Shown: positions 38,915 to 48,454 of the stretch, piece after piece
Numbering within the stretch: the stretch's first letter is position 1
How the letters are laid out: every line of letters starts with the position of its first letter
Source: Methanobacteriota archaeon
GTDB taxonomy: Archaea > Thermoplasmatota > Poseidoniia > Poseidoniales > Poseidoniaceae
Reading direction: 5' to 3'
Assembly: GCA_002720275.1 (NCBI GenBank)
Contig: PBHR01000001.1
Span: 10,126 to 74,125, forward strand
Length of the DNA: 64,000 nt
Position numbers and translations under genes: made by a program
The notes under the pieces: generated by a model
Databases searched by the model: none
Told to the model about the DNA's origin: nothing
What the model saw: the letters and a program-made list of their open reading frames with translations, nothing else

Positions 38915-39661
38915 ATGTCAAAAGGCTTAGTCTGTTTTGATATGGATGGTGTTTTAGTAGATTATCTTTCTACATGGGAATGGGTATATAATAAATTGAA
39001 TTTATCTAACGAGGAAGCATATGAAGCCTTTCAATTGGGTTTAATTACAGAATGGGATTGGATTAAATATGATTTGAATTTAATTAGGGGTGCTTTAAAA
39101 GAAAAAATGAACAATTTGACATTGTATGAATTATTGCATGATTGTCCTTTAATGAAAAATTTAAAAAAATCCATTCATGAACTTCTTGATTTTGGTTTAG
39201 ATGTATCAATTATTTCTGGTGGCATGCATCCTGTTGCGCATAGGATTGCTTCAAATTTCCTTACTGATGAAAAATGGAGACCTAGATTTGGCGGAATTGA
39301 CAAAGTTAGTTCTGAACTTTTTTGTAATGGTTTTGATACTAAATTATATGTTTTCACGAATGGTTGGAATTATGATTCACGAGGGGAAATACCCGAAAAA
39401 GGCCGATATCAAGTACAACTTATTGCAAAAGGTTCGATAGTAAATATCCTTCAAAGAAGACTTTCTATTGAGAAATCTAGGACTGTTGCAATTGGAGATA
39501 GTAAGCAAGATTCGAGTATGTTTGATTTTTCAGGTTTTAATATTGCATTTAATACTAGGCATGAGGAGTTAATTCAAAAGTCCGATCAAGTAATACAAGA
39601 AAGAGATTTAAAGATAGTAAGTGAAAACATACTTAATTATTTTAAATCATTAGATTCCTAA
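38915..39661 (+). CDS. HAD-superfamily hydrolase (phosphatase)
   Basis: Motif I FDMDGVLVD, motif IV-like IGDSKQDSSM. Confidence 0.65.
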   Translation: MSKGLVCFDMDGVLVDYLSTWEWVYNKLNLSNEEAYEAFQLGLITEWDWIKYDLNLIRGALKEKMNNLTLYELLHDCPLMKNLKKSIHELLDFGLDVSIISGGMHPVAHRIASNFLTDEKWRPRFGGIDKVSSELFCNGFDTKLYVFTNGWNYDSRGEIPEKGRYQVQLIAKGSIVNILQRRLSIEKSRTVAIGDSKQDSSMFDFSGFNIAFNTRHEELIQKSDQVIQERDLKIVSENILNYFKSLDS

Positions 39662-39662
39662 T

Positions 39663-40994
39663 TTAAGGGGTCACTCTTCTAGAATCTCGTGGAAATGGTA
39701 TTACTTCCCTAATGTGATCAGCTCCTGAAAGCCAACTACATACACGTTCAACTCCCATTCCGAAACCACCATGTGGAACTCCGCCATAACGTCTAATGTC
39801 TATGTAAAATTCATATGGTTCTCTCGGAGTTCCTTCTTCGTCTATTCTTTCTAGGATTTCTTTTTCAGACCAAGTTCTTTCTCCACCACCAATGATTTCT
39901 CCATACCCTTCAGGGGCTAATAAGTCATGACAAAGAACATATTTTTCATCATCAGGATCAGGTCTGTGATAAAATGGTTTAGCAATTTTTGGATAGTGTG
40001 TTAAGAAATGAGGAACATCAAAATCTTTTGTAAGTACCTTTTCTTTCGAATAATCTAAATCTTGTCCCCATTCAATCTCTACCCCCATTCCTTGCAGAGT
40101 TTCCACAGCTTCGTCATACCTCATTCTTGGATATGGTGAATCGGCATATCTTGAAATTAAGTTAAGATCTCTTCCTAGACTTTCTAATTCATCACTTCTT
40201 TCATTCAAAATTGTTTTTGCAATAGACCTTACTAGTGCTTCACCATGTTCCATTACTTCTTCATTTCCACCCCATGCTATCTCCATTTCAGCATGCCAAA
40301 ATTCGGTAAGGTGTCTCCTTGTTCTTGATTTCTCTGCTCTGAATGAAGGTGCAATCGTGTAAAGCCTTTCTAATGCGGGCATTGCTGCTTCTGCATATAA
40401 TTGCCATGATTGTGTAAGATACGCCTTTCTTCCAAAATATGGAACTTCAAAAAGTGTTGAACCACCTTCTACAGCCCCTGCGACAAATGATGGTGCTTGA
40501 TATTCAATAAAATCACGTTTTCTGAAATATTCGTGAATAGAACCAAAAATTGTTGAGCGTATTTTTAACATTGTAGTCATTCTACTTGTTCTAAGGTAAA
40601 GATGTCGATTATCTAGTAAGAATTCAGTTTCTCCTCCTTCTGTTTGTTCCATGGCAGATTCTGTAATTGGAAATGGATTTTGGGCATTTACAGCACCTAT
40701 AATCAAACCTGCGCTAATTGTTAATTCATGCCCGCCTGGTGCTCTATCATCAGATTTCACTAATCCTGTTAGTTTTACACTAGATTCAATTAGTGCATTC
40801 TTTAATGAGTCAAAATTTTCTTCATTCATGTCTGCTTTTTTAGCCACGCATTGAATTTCTCCTGTGGAATCTCTAATTGTCATAAATATTATTTTTCCAC
40901 TACTTCTGTGTCTTTTAATCCATCCCTGTAGTTCAATAACTTCACCAGTAAATGAACCTGATTGAATGTCTGAAATCCAAAGAGTCTTTGCCAT
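39663..40994 (-). CDS. asnS: Class IIb aminoacyl-tRNA synthetase, asparaginyl- (or non-discriminating aspartyl-) tRNA synthetase
   Basis: OB-fold N-terminus, motif 2 SFRAEKSRTRRHLTEFWHAEME, motif 3 GGFGMGVERV. RTRRHL resembles AsnRS more than AspRS. Confidence 0.75.
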   Translation of the reverse strand: MAKTLWISDIQSGSFTGEVIELQGWIKRHRSSGKIIFMTIRDSTGEIQCVAKKADMNEENFDSLKNALIESSVKLTGLVKSDDRAPGGHELTISAGLIIGAVNAQNPFPITESAMEQTEGGETEFLLDNRHLYLRTSRMTTMLKIRSTIFGSIHEYFRKRDFIEYQAPSFVAGAVEGGSTLFEVPYFGRKAYLTQSWQLYAEAAMPALERLYTIAPSFRAEKSRTRRHLTEFWHAEMEIAWGGNEEVMEHGEALVRSIAKTILNERSDELESLGRDLNLISRYADSPYPRMRYDEAVETLQGMGVEIEWGQDLDYSKEKVLTKDFDVPHFLTHYPKIAKPFYHRPDPDDEKYVLCHDLLAPEGYGEIIGGGERTWSEKEILERIDEEGTPREPYEFYIDIRRYGGVPHGGFGMGVERVCSWLSGADHIREVIPFPRDSRRVTP

Positions 40995-41126
40995 ACATCC
41001 GGTGCGAACTCAATCATTCATTTGAAACAGACGCATAAATGCTATTGGGACAAATATGCTAAATTTACAAATTAAATAGAAAAAGGTCAAGAGAGACTAT
41101 TCATTGAGGCATTCAAGGTAGAACGT

Positions 41127-42083
41127 ATGGCAGTTGTTGGTGTTGGTTCTGATTATTCTAAAAAATTAGCATTATATTCAATTGGAGGGAATGCGTTAAG
41201 TGATCCTTCAAAACCTAAGCATTTACAAGAAGATAAAGCTTTAAAATTAGTTTTAGAAGATGTAATTGATTTACTTGAGGCAGGCTTTAATGTTGTTTTA
41301 ACTCATGGAAATGGTCCTCAAGTTGGAGATTTATTGGCACTTGAAGAATCGGGAATAAATACGAAAAGAATTCGTACAGACTTGTCTACTTGGGTGGCTG
41401 CAACACAAGGGATGATTGGTCATGAACTATCTATGGAATTAGATTCTTTATTAGATCTAAAGTCTAGGCCCGAAAGAACAGCAGTTGTGTTAACAAGAGT
41501 CCTTGTAGATGAAAATGATTTTGCATTTGTTAAACCAACTAAGCCCGTTGGACCTGTGCTAGATGAAGAAAATATGACGATTAATGAATTAGATGTTGCA
41601 GAAACGGAAAAAGGTTTGCGAAGAGTGGTAGCATCACCTCATCCAATAGAAGTTTTAGACCTTGAAGTAATTTCAAAATTAGTTGAATTAGATGCTGTAG
41701 TAATTTGCGGTGGCGGTGGTGGAATTCCTATTGTAATTGATGGAACTTGGAAAGGAGTTCCTTCTGTAATCGATAAGGATAGATTTTCAGCATTATTGGC
41801 AATTAGTTTGGAGGCAGATGTATTCATAACATCCACTGCAGTAGATCAAATAGAAACAGGATTTGGAACTAAAAATTCAAAAAAACTTTCTGAAATAAAT
41901 TTGAATGAATTAAAAATGTTGCTTAAAAAGGGGGAATTTCCTGAAGGTTCAATGGGCCCTAAAGTTGAAGCAATGTTGTCTGTTGTTGAAAAATTAGAGA
42001 AAACTAAGGTTGTTTTATGTTCCCCGGGAAATGCATTAAAATCTCTTAGAGGAGATTCGGGAACTAATATTATTAGGGGATAA
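41127..42083 (+). CDS. arcC: Carbamate kinase
   Basis: VVLTHGNGPQVGDLLA and overall amino-acid-kinase layout. Confidence 0.8.
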   Translation: MAVVGVGSDYSKKLALYSIGGNALSDPSKPKHLQEDKALKLVLEDVIDLLEAGFNVVLTHGNGPQVGDLLALEESGINTKRIRTDLSTWVAATQGMIGHELSMELDSLLDLKSRPERTAVVLTRVLVDENDFAFVKPTKPVGPVLDEENMTINELDVAETEKGLRRVVASPHPIEVLDLEVISKLVELDAVVICGGGGGIPIVIDGTWKGVPSVIDKDRFSALLAISLEADVFITSTAVDQIETGFGTKNSKKLSEINLNELKMLLKKGEFPEGSMGPKVEAMLSVVEKLEKTKVVLCSPGNALKSLRGDSGTNIIRG

Positions 42084-42112
42084 CCTAAAGAATCGTTTGT
42101 TTACGGATAAAT

Positions 42113-42186
42113 GGGCCTGTAGCTTAGTCAGGTAGAGCGACGGACTCTTAATCCGTAGGCCGCGGGTTCGAACCCCGTCAGGCCCG
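42113..42186 (+). tRNA. tRNA-Lys (anticodon CUU)
   Basis: Acceptor GGGCCUG/CAGGCCC with discriminator G. D-stem GCUU/GAGC. Anticodon stem ACGGA/UCCGU with loop CUCUUAA. T-arm GCGGG-UUCGAAC-CCCGU. Confidence 0.8.
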
Positions 42187-42189
42187 TAT

Positions 42190-42882
42190 TTAATTTTCAA
42201 TAATCTCTAAACCGTTTAAACTCGCTAAAACTACTTTATTTGCGATATTGCAAAAAAGCCCACAATCTAAAACTCCTGCTAAACTATTCAAATTAGATTC
42301 TAATTTTTCTGGTTCTTCTATTTTTTCAAGATGTAAATCTAAAATATAATTACCATTATCTGTGATAAAAGTTTTATCATTTGTAATTCTTTTAATTATT
42401 TTCGATTCTGAGATACCAGTAATTTTTGAAATTTGTCTTCTTGTTTCTTTCCAAGAGAATTGAATTACTTCTACTGGTAGTGGGAATTTCCCTAGTGTGT
42501 CTACTTTTTTTGAATCATCAGCAACAACAATCATTTTTTCTGATGCTTGGGCGATTATCTTTTCACGTACAAGTGCACCGCCACCTCCTTTAATTAAAGT
42601 CAACTCTTTATTAAATTCATCAGCACCGTCAATTACAAGATCTAAACCTTCTAATGAAGACAACTCATAAAGTTTAATACCTTGTTCTATAGATAATTTT
42701 TCAGTAGCGATACTTGTCGGAACACAACTAATTTCCAATTTTTCTTCACGGATTCTTCGCCCTAATTCTAGGATTGTATATTTTACTGTTGAACCCGTCC
42801 CTAATCCCACTTTCATTCCATTTTTTACATAAGTAGAAGCATGGATTCCTGCCGCTTTTTTTAGCTCTTCTTTACTGTTCAC
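42190..42882 (-). CDS. rpiA: Ribose-5-phosphate isomerase A
   Basis: VGLGTGSTVKY...VIDGADE...KGGGGALVREKI. Confidence 0.85.
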   Translation of the reverse strand: MNSKEELKKAAGIHASTYVKNGMKVGLGTGSTVKYTILELGRRIREEKLEISCVPTSIATEKLSIEQGIKLYELSSLEGLDLVIDGADEFNKELTLIKGGGGALVREKIIAQASEKMIVVADDSKKVDTLGKFPLPVEVIQFSWKETRRQISKITGISESKIIKRITNDKTFITDNGNYILDLHLEKIEEPEKLESNLNSLAGVLDCGLFCNIANKVVLASLNGLEIIEN

Positions 42883-42924
42883 AAGTAGTCGGAGTGGAAC
42901 TCAGATGATATTAATTACTAATTT

Positions 42925-42959
42925 CGGCCCCGTAGGGGCCGTGAAAGGTTTGACAAACC
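42925..42959. promoter_or_regulatory. Two adjacent dyad-symmetric elements (CGGCCCCGTAGGGGCCG and GGTTTGACAAACC) in the rpiA/giant-gene divergent intergenic region
   Basis: 7-bp GC stem with 3-nt loop, then a 6-bp dyad, seen directly in the sequence. Confidence 0.3.
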
Positions 42960-42979
42960 TCCATTAATGTCGAGGCATT

Positions 42980-45900
42980 ATGGCGAGGGAGTCATGGACT
43001 AGGAATTTTTTAGCAATCTCCCTTATTTTTTTGGTATTTTTCAGTCCTTTTTCGGGTATTCTTTATTTTGAAGATGAACTAGAATCGGGTTTAAATGTAA
43101 CAAAAAATACATCTGTTGGTAGTAGTGAAGTAGTAAAAATAAATAATTTCCCTAGTGGTTATTCTGAGGATTTTTCAATTTCAATTCCCGAAAATAATGC
43201 ATTGGACCTTTTAGAATTTGATTTAGAGCCACTTGTAGACATTTCCTCAGATCATATTCATTGGGAATCCCAGAATCATTGGACTAATTCATGGGCGGAA
43301 CTTGAAAATGTTGATTATAACAAGTCAGGGTTAAGAATTAATTCACCACCGCCTTCTTGGGATTTTGAATTATTTAACCATGGGTGGACTTTAGATGCTG
43401 CAGGAGGTTGGGCTTGGGGTGTTGATTCTGTTGGTGCTCATGGTGGTTCAAAAGCAATATACACATATTTAGGCCAATACCCAAATCAAATGTCTACAAC
43501 CTATTATGCTACGTCTCCAAGCATAGATTGCTCTTCTTGTAGTGGTGGTTGGAGTGTCAATTTTTGGAAATTATTGGGGGTCGAGAGTAGTTCTTGGGAT
43601 CATGCATATTTTCAAGTGAAGGGTCCTAATGGATGGAATACGATTTGGGAAAATTCTGGTACAATAATTGATAGCAGTTATTCTTTACAGTCCCATAGAG
43701 TTGATTCTTATATTGCAGGAAATAGCGATTTTAAAATTCGTTTTGGATTAGGTCCAACTGATTTTAGTGTTACATATGATGGTTGGAATATTGATGATGT
43801 TTCGATTACTCCAGTACCTGGTTCAGGTAATGGTGCAGCAAAAGTTGAAGGTTCAGGGGATGCTAATTGGACATCACCCACTATTGGCTCAGGGCAATTT
43901 CATTCTACTCGTTCGGGACCCTATGGTTTACTGAATATTTTGGCCGAAACCCCAGAAAATACCGGATTAGATTGGACAATCATTGATTCACAAACAAACC
44001 TTCCAATAACTGGTTACGAAAAAAGAGTTGAATTGTTTTCCGATTTAGGTAGAATTGATTGGTTAAAGCACCCAAGTATTAGAATTAAAGTACACTTGTG
44101 GAGTCAAAATCCTTCTTCACCTATAATTCAATCAATTTCATTAGGTAATCAGTGGGATTTTGACTTTAATCAAGATCCGGGTGAGATGGGTTGGACTGGA
44201 ATTGGAAATTGGATTCCTGGTGAATATCAAGGTTCAGGAGATCTTGAATTCCCTGAAATTCATTCTACAAGGCCGATGCTGTCTGTCGATTTAGAAATAG
44301 ATGTTTCTGGAAACGGTCAATTGCAAATGTCAGAAGGATTTGGAGATTGGAAAAATATTTCACCTATTGGTGTTGTTAATTTGGATAATTATTCAAAAAT
44401 GATTAGATTAAGATGGCTTTCAGATTCTGGCACGTGGTCATTTAGCTCATTAAAAATTGAATTTATGACAGGTATTTTACCACTTCATCCCTCTTTAGAT
44501 ATTCGTAGAGATGGAGAAGAAGAATGGAATTTATCTGAGTCTGAAATAGGTTTTTGGGGTTCTCAGGATAGATGGTCTGACGGTTCTGTTTCCCAACTTG
44601 TTACTTTGTCAACAGGTTCTCCGAAATATATTGATTTTTGGATTCCTTCAAATGTAGTTGAAGGGTTTTGTATGGATTTGACTCCCGAAAACGGTGAAAT
44701 TTCTGAATTAGATGTAGAAATAAGATTAGGATCTACTGCGGTTTATCAAAATTATATTAATGAATTTAATGGAATTTTTAGATTTTGTCTATCCGATGTG
44801 CAGATTGATAATTTAAATGAAAACATTTCAACAAATACGAATGTTTGGAGTAGCAAAGGTCAAAATTTTGTTTCTGCAAAATTAAAATTAACTGGTAGCT
44901 CTCAAAGAATTTTAATTAATGCATTAGACATCTTATATCATCCAAAACTTGAGTTTAGAGAGTATTCAGATTCATCAATTATTTCCGCAATAAATGATTA
45001 TTCATCAAATTCGCCCGTTAATTCTGGAAATTATGACGTGCCTATTCCCTTATTTTCAGTGGTTGAATCTTCTTATCTTGTTACTTTAATCGGTCAACAT
45101 TCAACATCTGGTCTTTTAACAGAAGAAACAATTTTAATTAATTCTACTGAGCCATTAGTTTCATCAGAAAAATGGCTTGAAATAGAATCTAAACATTCAG
45201 TATCTTATGGAGAAATAAAATCTGTAGAATATGAATTTAATTCTGATTTTTCTAAAATTATTTTCAATTTCCCAATCAACAAAGATCCTTATTTTGTTGA
45301 GGGAGATTATGACTTGATAGAATTAAACAACCATCCTTTTGAATATATTGAGGGGGTGGAAAACATTTCAAAATTTAATTTTAGAATTAAACCTATTTGG
45401 GATGATGATTTAAATCTAGAAATTAAGGTTAGACTAGTTAGGGATGATGGTGTAAAAAGTATCCCAGAGATATTAAAAATAGGATTTAATGGGGCTAAAT
45501 CAGTCGAAAATGACGTAGAAATCAAATCCTGGTCAGTACTTAATGACTTAGGAGAAGAAATACCTTTTGGTATGCCCTATCTTAAATCTGGTTCAGATGT
45601 CGTGATTGAAGTGAATGTTGGATTTGAAGATTTTATTACAAACTCTCATTTCCCAAAATCTGGAGATTTAGAAATTATAGTTATGGAAAACGATTTCGAA
45701 ATAGCTAGGAGCAGTAATTTTACCGAGGGTAAAGTTAGTTTTATCCGTTCAATACCTTTTGGACCTGGAAATTTGACTTATGAAATTAAACTCAATCCTT
45801 TGTATTCTCAACTAGATGTTACAGATATTGTTGTAAATAGAACATTTACTGCTGATTCATTAGCGCCACAATTAATTTCAAGTACGCTAGAAAGATATGA

Positions 45901-48091
45901 TCACCGTCACCCCTCTAAAAATCAAATACTTGCCTTTGATGTTTTTGACAGGCCTGTTTTACCAAATGCCTTGAAAATTAATTTATGGAGGGAATGGGTT
46001 GATGATATTGATCAAGATGGCCAACCTTCATTAGAAGAATATTGGTCTAATACGATGTTTAGTCCCGCAAATCTTTCATCCTCTTTTGGAAGGTATACTT
46101 ATGTTTTAGATGATTCTGAAGCTCCAGTTGGAAGTTTAGTTTATGGATTCATAAGTGGTTCTGATTCAGCAGGAAATATATTAGTTGGCGGAGGAGGGGG
46201 GACTTTAGGTGATGAATTATTTGTTTATCAAGTAAAATCTGACGGCTCACCTCAGATTTTACCCGGAGAAATCACATGGAATAATTCAGGGGTGATGTGG
46301 TTAAACCCTGATGTAGAGTATGAATTGAATTTGCCATTTAATGAGCCAAATGGCATTAGTGATATAGATTATGTGATTTTTGATTTGGCAGAATTTACAG
46401 ATGCAGAGGGTATGAGGGTTGTATGGAATTCTTCAGAATCAAGATGTGAATCAAATGGTTACAACTTAGTAATCTTATCTTGTAATATTTATTCCAGAAA
46501 TTCATATTTCGGCCCATTTAATAGTGAATTGGAATTTAGAATTAAATTTAAAATAAAATGGAGTTATTTAGTGGACGAATCATATATACACGAACCTTCT
46601 ATAGAAATTATTGATAGGGCGGGTTATAGTTCAATAATGACTCTTCCACAGTTAAGGTGGAGGTTTTCAAATCAAATCTGGATTGACTCTAATGACTTAG
46701 AATTAACTACTGAAATAGGCTCAAAAATCGACAATAATGTTTATGTTTTACCAGATAATATGATTGGAATAAGAGGATCATTTTCATTTTCAAGGACTGG
46801 AAACCAAGTTTTAACACCCATTAACGTTGAAATGGCAATTGGATTTAATAAACAGACTAATTTTACCACTGAGGGTTACTTTTTCTTTGAATTAAATACA
46901 CCCACATTACCTGGTAATTATCCACTTTCAATAAATTTAGTTGATTTAAATAAAGAAATATTCGATACAAATAATATGTTGACGACTTGGATTGTTGTTG
47001 ATAATCAAGCACCAAAAATAGAGCAAATAAGTTCTCCTCGACCGGATATTTCGTTATCTAGAGAAGAAATCGAAAATTTAGTAATTGATTTTAAAATTAA
47101 AGAAACAATAAAATTAATTCCGGATTCGATAGTTGTTCATTGGTCCATTAATTCAGTAGGTGAAAACCCAGGAGCTTATTTGATTTCTGACGTAATTGAG
47201 GATTTAGATATCGAAGATCCAATTGCTGGTAGCTATTCAATCTCTGTATTATTCCAACTTAATGAGAGACTTAATGACTTACCCATAGATGAGGAATTAA
47301 TCTTCAATATCTGGATTGAAGGTTCTGATGCATCTGGTAATCTTATTTCTGATGAAGATAATAGTGAATATGCCCCATTTGAATCTTGGTTAATTTTACC
47401 TTATCAGCCAATGTTAGTAATTAGTGACATTACATATTCTAAATATGGTGGTATCTCTGTTGGCGATCCAATAAAGGTAGTTGTTACCGTTGAAAATAAT
47501 GGGAATGCAGATGCTGAGACAAATCTAACTGTTTTTATTAAGGCTGCAGATGGAGAATACATGATTTCTAGGGAACCAATAATTGTAAACGTTAATTCTA
47601 AATCATCAGTCGCTCTTGATTGGGCACCTAGTGAAACTGGGGTTCAGTGGATAGAAGTTCGTTGGAATGATGAATACCTTGGGGAAGGATCATTAGTTTC
47701 AGTTTTAGAACCGGAAAGCTCCTTATTTTCCAGTGTGGGTGGTTCTACTACTATTTTTGCTGGAATCTTTATATTAATAATCATCACGATATCTTTGTTA
47801 TTTATCTTGTATAGTGGAGAAGATGAGTATTTTGAAGAATATTATGAAGAAGAAGATGATGAAGAAATTTTAATTCCAGAAACAAAAATAGAAATCTCAA
47901 AACTTCCTCCTTTACCTCCACCTCCAAACATTAATCCTGTACTTAGTAACCCTGAGCCTATAATAAAACCACCTTCAGTAGAAAATAATATTTCAGTTAG
48001 GCAATGGACTGATGAAAAAGGGTATACTTGGAGGATTGAAGGCAATAATCCTGCTAAATGGTGGGATGGTAAAACATGGAAAGAAGTTTAA
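42980..48091 (+). CDS. Giant type-I membrane surface protein: MAM-like N-terminal domain, long beta-rich ectodomain, single TM, acidic/Pro-rich cytoplasmic tail
   Basis: Signal peptide FLAISLIFLVFFSPFSGILY. MAM-like end YDGWNIDDVSITP. TM IFAGIFILIIITISLLFILY. Tail EDEYFEEYYEEEDDEE...LPPLPPPPNINP...GYTWRIEGNNPAKWWDGKTWKEV. Confidence 0.6.
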   Translation: MARESWTRNFLAISLIFLVFFSPFSGILYFEDELESGLNVTKNTSVGSSEVVKINNFPSGYSEDFSISIPENNALDLLEFDLEPLVDISSDHIHWESQNHWTNSWAELENVDYNKSGLRINSPPPSWDFELFNHGWTLDAAGGWAWGVDSVGAHGGSKAIYTYLGQYPNQMSTTYYATSPSIDCSSCSGGWSVNFWKLLGVESSSWDHAYFQVKGPNGWNTIWENSGTIIDSSYSLQSHRVDSYIAGNSDFKIRFGLGPTDFSVTYDGWNIDDVSITPVPGSGNGAAKVEGSGDANWTSPTIGSGQFHSTRSGPYGLLNILAETPENTGLDWTIIDSQTNLPITGYEKRVELFSDLGRIDWLKHPSIRIKVHLWSQNPSSPIIQSISLGNQWDFDFNQDPGEMGWTGIGNWIPGEYQGSGDLEFPEIHSTRPMLSVDLEIDVSGNGQLQMSEGFGDWKNISPIGVVNLDNYSKMIRLRWLSDSGTWSFSSLKIEFMTGILPLHPSLDIRRDGEEEWNLSESEIGFWGSQDRWSDGSVSQLVTLSTGSPKYIDFWIPSNVVEGFCMDLTPENGEISELDVEIRLGSTAVYQNYINEFNGIFRFCLSDVQIDNLNENISTNTNVWSSKGQNFVSAKLKLTGSSQRILINALDILYHPKLEFREYSDSSIISAINDYSSNSPVNSGNYDVPIPLFSVVESSYLVTLIGQHSTSGLLTEETILINSTEPLVSSEKWLEIESKHSVSYGEIKSVEYEFNSDFSKIIFNFPINKDPYFVEGDYDLIELNNHPFEYIEGVENISKFNFRIKPIWDDDLNLEIKVRLVRDDGVKSIPEILKIGFNGAKSVENDVEIKSWSVLNDLGEEIPFGMPYLKSGSDVVIEVNVGFEDFITNSHFPKSGDLEIIVMENDFEIARSSNFTEGKVSFIRSIPFGPGNLTYEIKLNPLYSQLDVTDIVVNRTFTADSLAPQLISSTLERYDHRHPSKNQILAFDVFDRPVLPNALKINLWREWVDDIDQDGQPSLEEYWSNTMFSPANLSSSFGRYTYVLDDSEAPVGSLVYGFISGSDSAGNILVGGGGGTLGDELFVYQVKSDGSPQILPGEITWNNSGVMWLNPDVEYELNLPFNEPNGISDIDYVIFDLAEFTDAEGMRVVWNSSESRCESNGYNLVILSCNIYSRNSYFGPFNSELEFRIKFKIKWSYLVDESYIHEPSIEIIDRAGYSSIMTLPQLRWRFSNQIWIDSNDLELTTEIGSKIDNNVYVLPDNMIGIRGSFSFSRTGNQVLTPINVEMAIGFNKQTNFTTEGYFFFELNTPTLPGNYPLSINLVDLNKEIFDTNNMLTTWIVVDNQAPKIEQISSPRPDISLSREEIENLVIDFKIKETIKLIPDSIVVHWSINSVGENPGAYLISDVIEDLDIEDPIAGSYSISVLFQLNERLNDLPIDEELIFNIWIEGSDASGNLISDEDNSEYAPFESWLILPYQPMLVISDITYSKYGGISVGDPIKVVVTVENNGNADAETNLTVFIKAADGEYMISREPIIVNVNSKSSVALDWAPSETGVQWIEVRWNDEYLGEGSLVSVLEPESSLFSSVGGSTTIFAGIFILIIITISLLFILYSGEDEYFEEYYEEEDDEEILIPETKIEISKLPPLPPPPNINPVLSNPEPIIKPPSVENNISVRQWTDEKGYTWRIEGNNPAKWWDGKTWKEV

Positions 48092-48093
48092 TG

Positions 48094-48394
48094 TTGAGGG
48101 AGTGAAGAGTAAGCCCCTTTTTGTTCACCTTTCGGTTGACCGCATTCAACTATGCGTCCTACCCTTCCCTAAGCGTGCAACCTCTACGGGATTTTTTGGA
48201 CTTGCTCCAATGAGGATATTCGTTTCAGCAATTATTGAGCAATCTCCTCTTTTCAGATTCATCGTTAACACCCATAATCGTTCGTTTCTACTATATTGCC
48301 AGCCATTCCTGACTCCATTTCTGGTCATCTCGCACTATGGAGAGGGGACTTTCCTCAGGGTCTAACCCTGTCAGCGGTCCTTCCACTCCCTCAA
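48094..48394 (-). ncRNA. rnpB: RNase P RNA (archaeal)
   Basis: Minus-strand read shows P1 pairing UUGAGGGAGUG/CACUCCCUCAA at the two ends. P3 hairpin CAGGGUUAGACCCUG. CR-I GAGGAAAGUCCCC. CR-V-like ACAAAAAGGGGCUUAC co-varying with CR-I (CCCC/GGGG). Local GC is higher than the surroundings and no plausible CDS is present. Confidence 0.65.
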
Positions 48395-48454
48395 ATTTCG
48401 TCACAAGTATTACTTTTTGAACTTCACGGTAATGCTTTTTTTAATTCTAATCCT

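Noticed and set aside
42883-42979. Possible C/D-box sRNA (AGATGATA ... GTGA) in the rpiA/giant-gene intergenic
   Set aside because: Boxes deviate from RUGAUGA/CUGA consensus, and no terminal stem or C'/D' boxes could be placed.
48012-48365. ORFs 48012..48365 (+) and 48146..48328 (-) in the GC-richer island
   Set aside because: The region is better explained as RNase P RNA (CR-I/CR-V, P1 helix). The ORFs have no start context or motifs.
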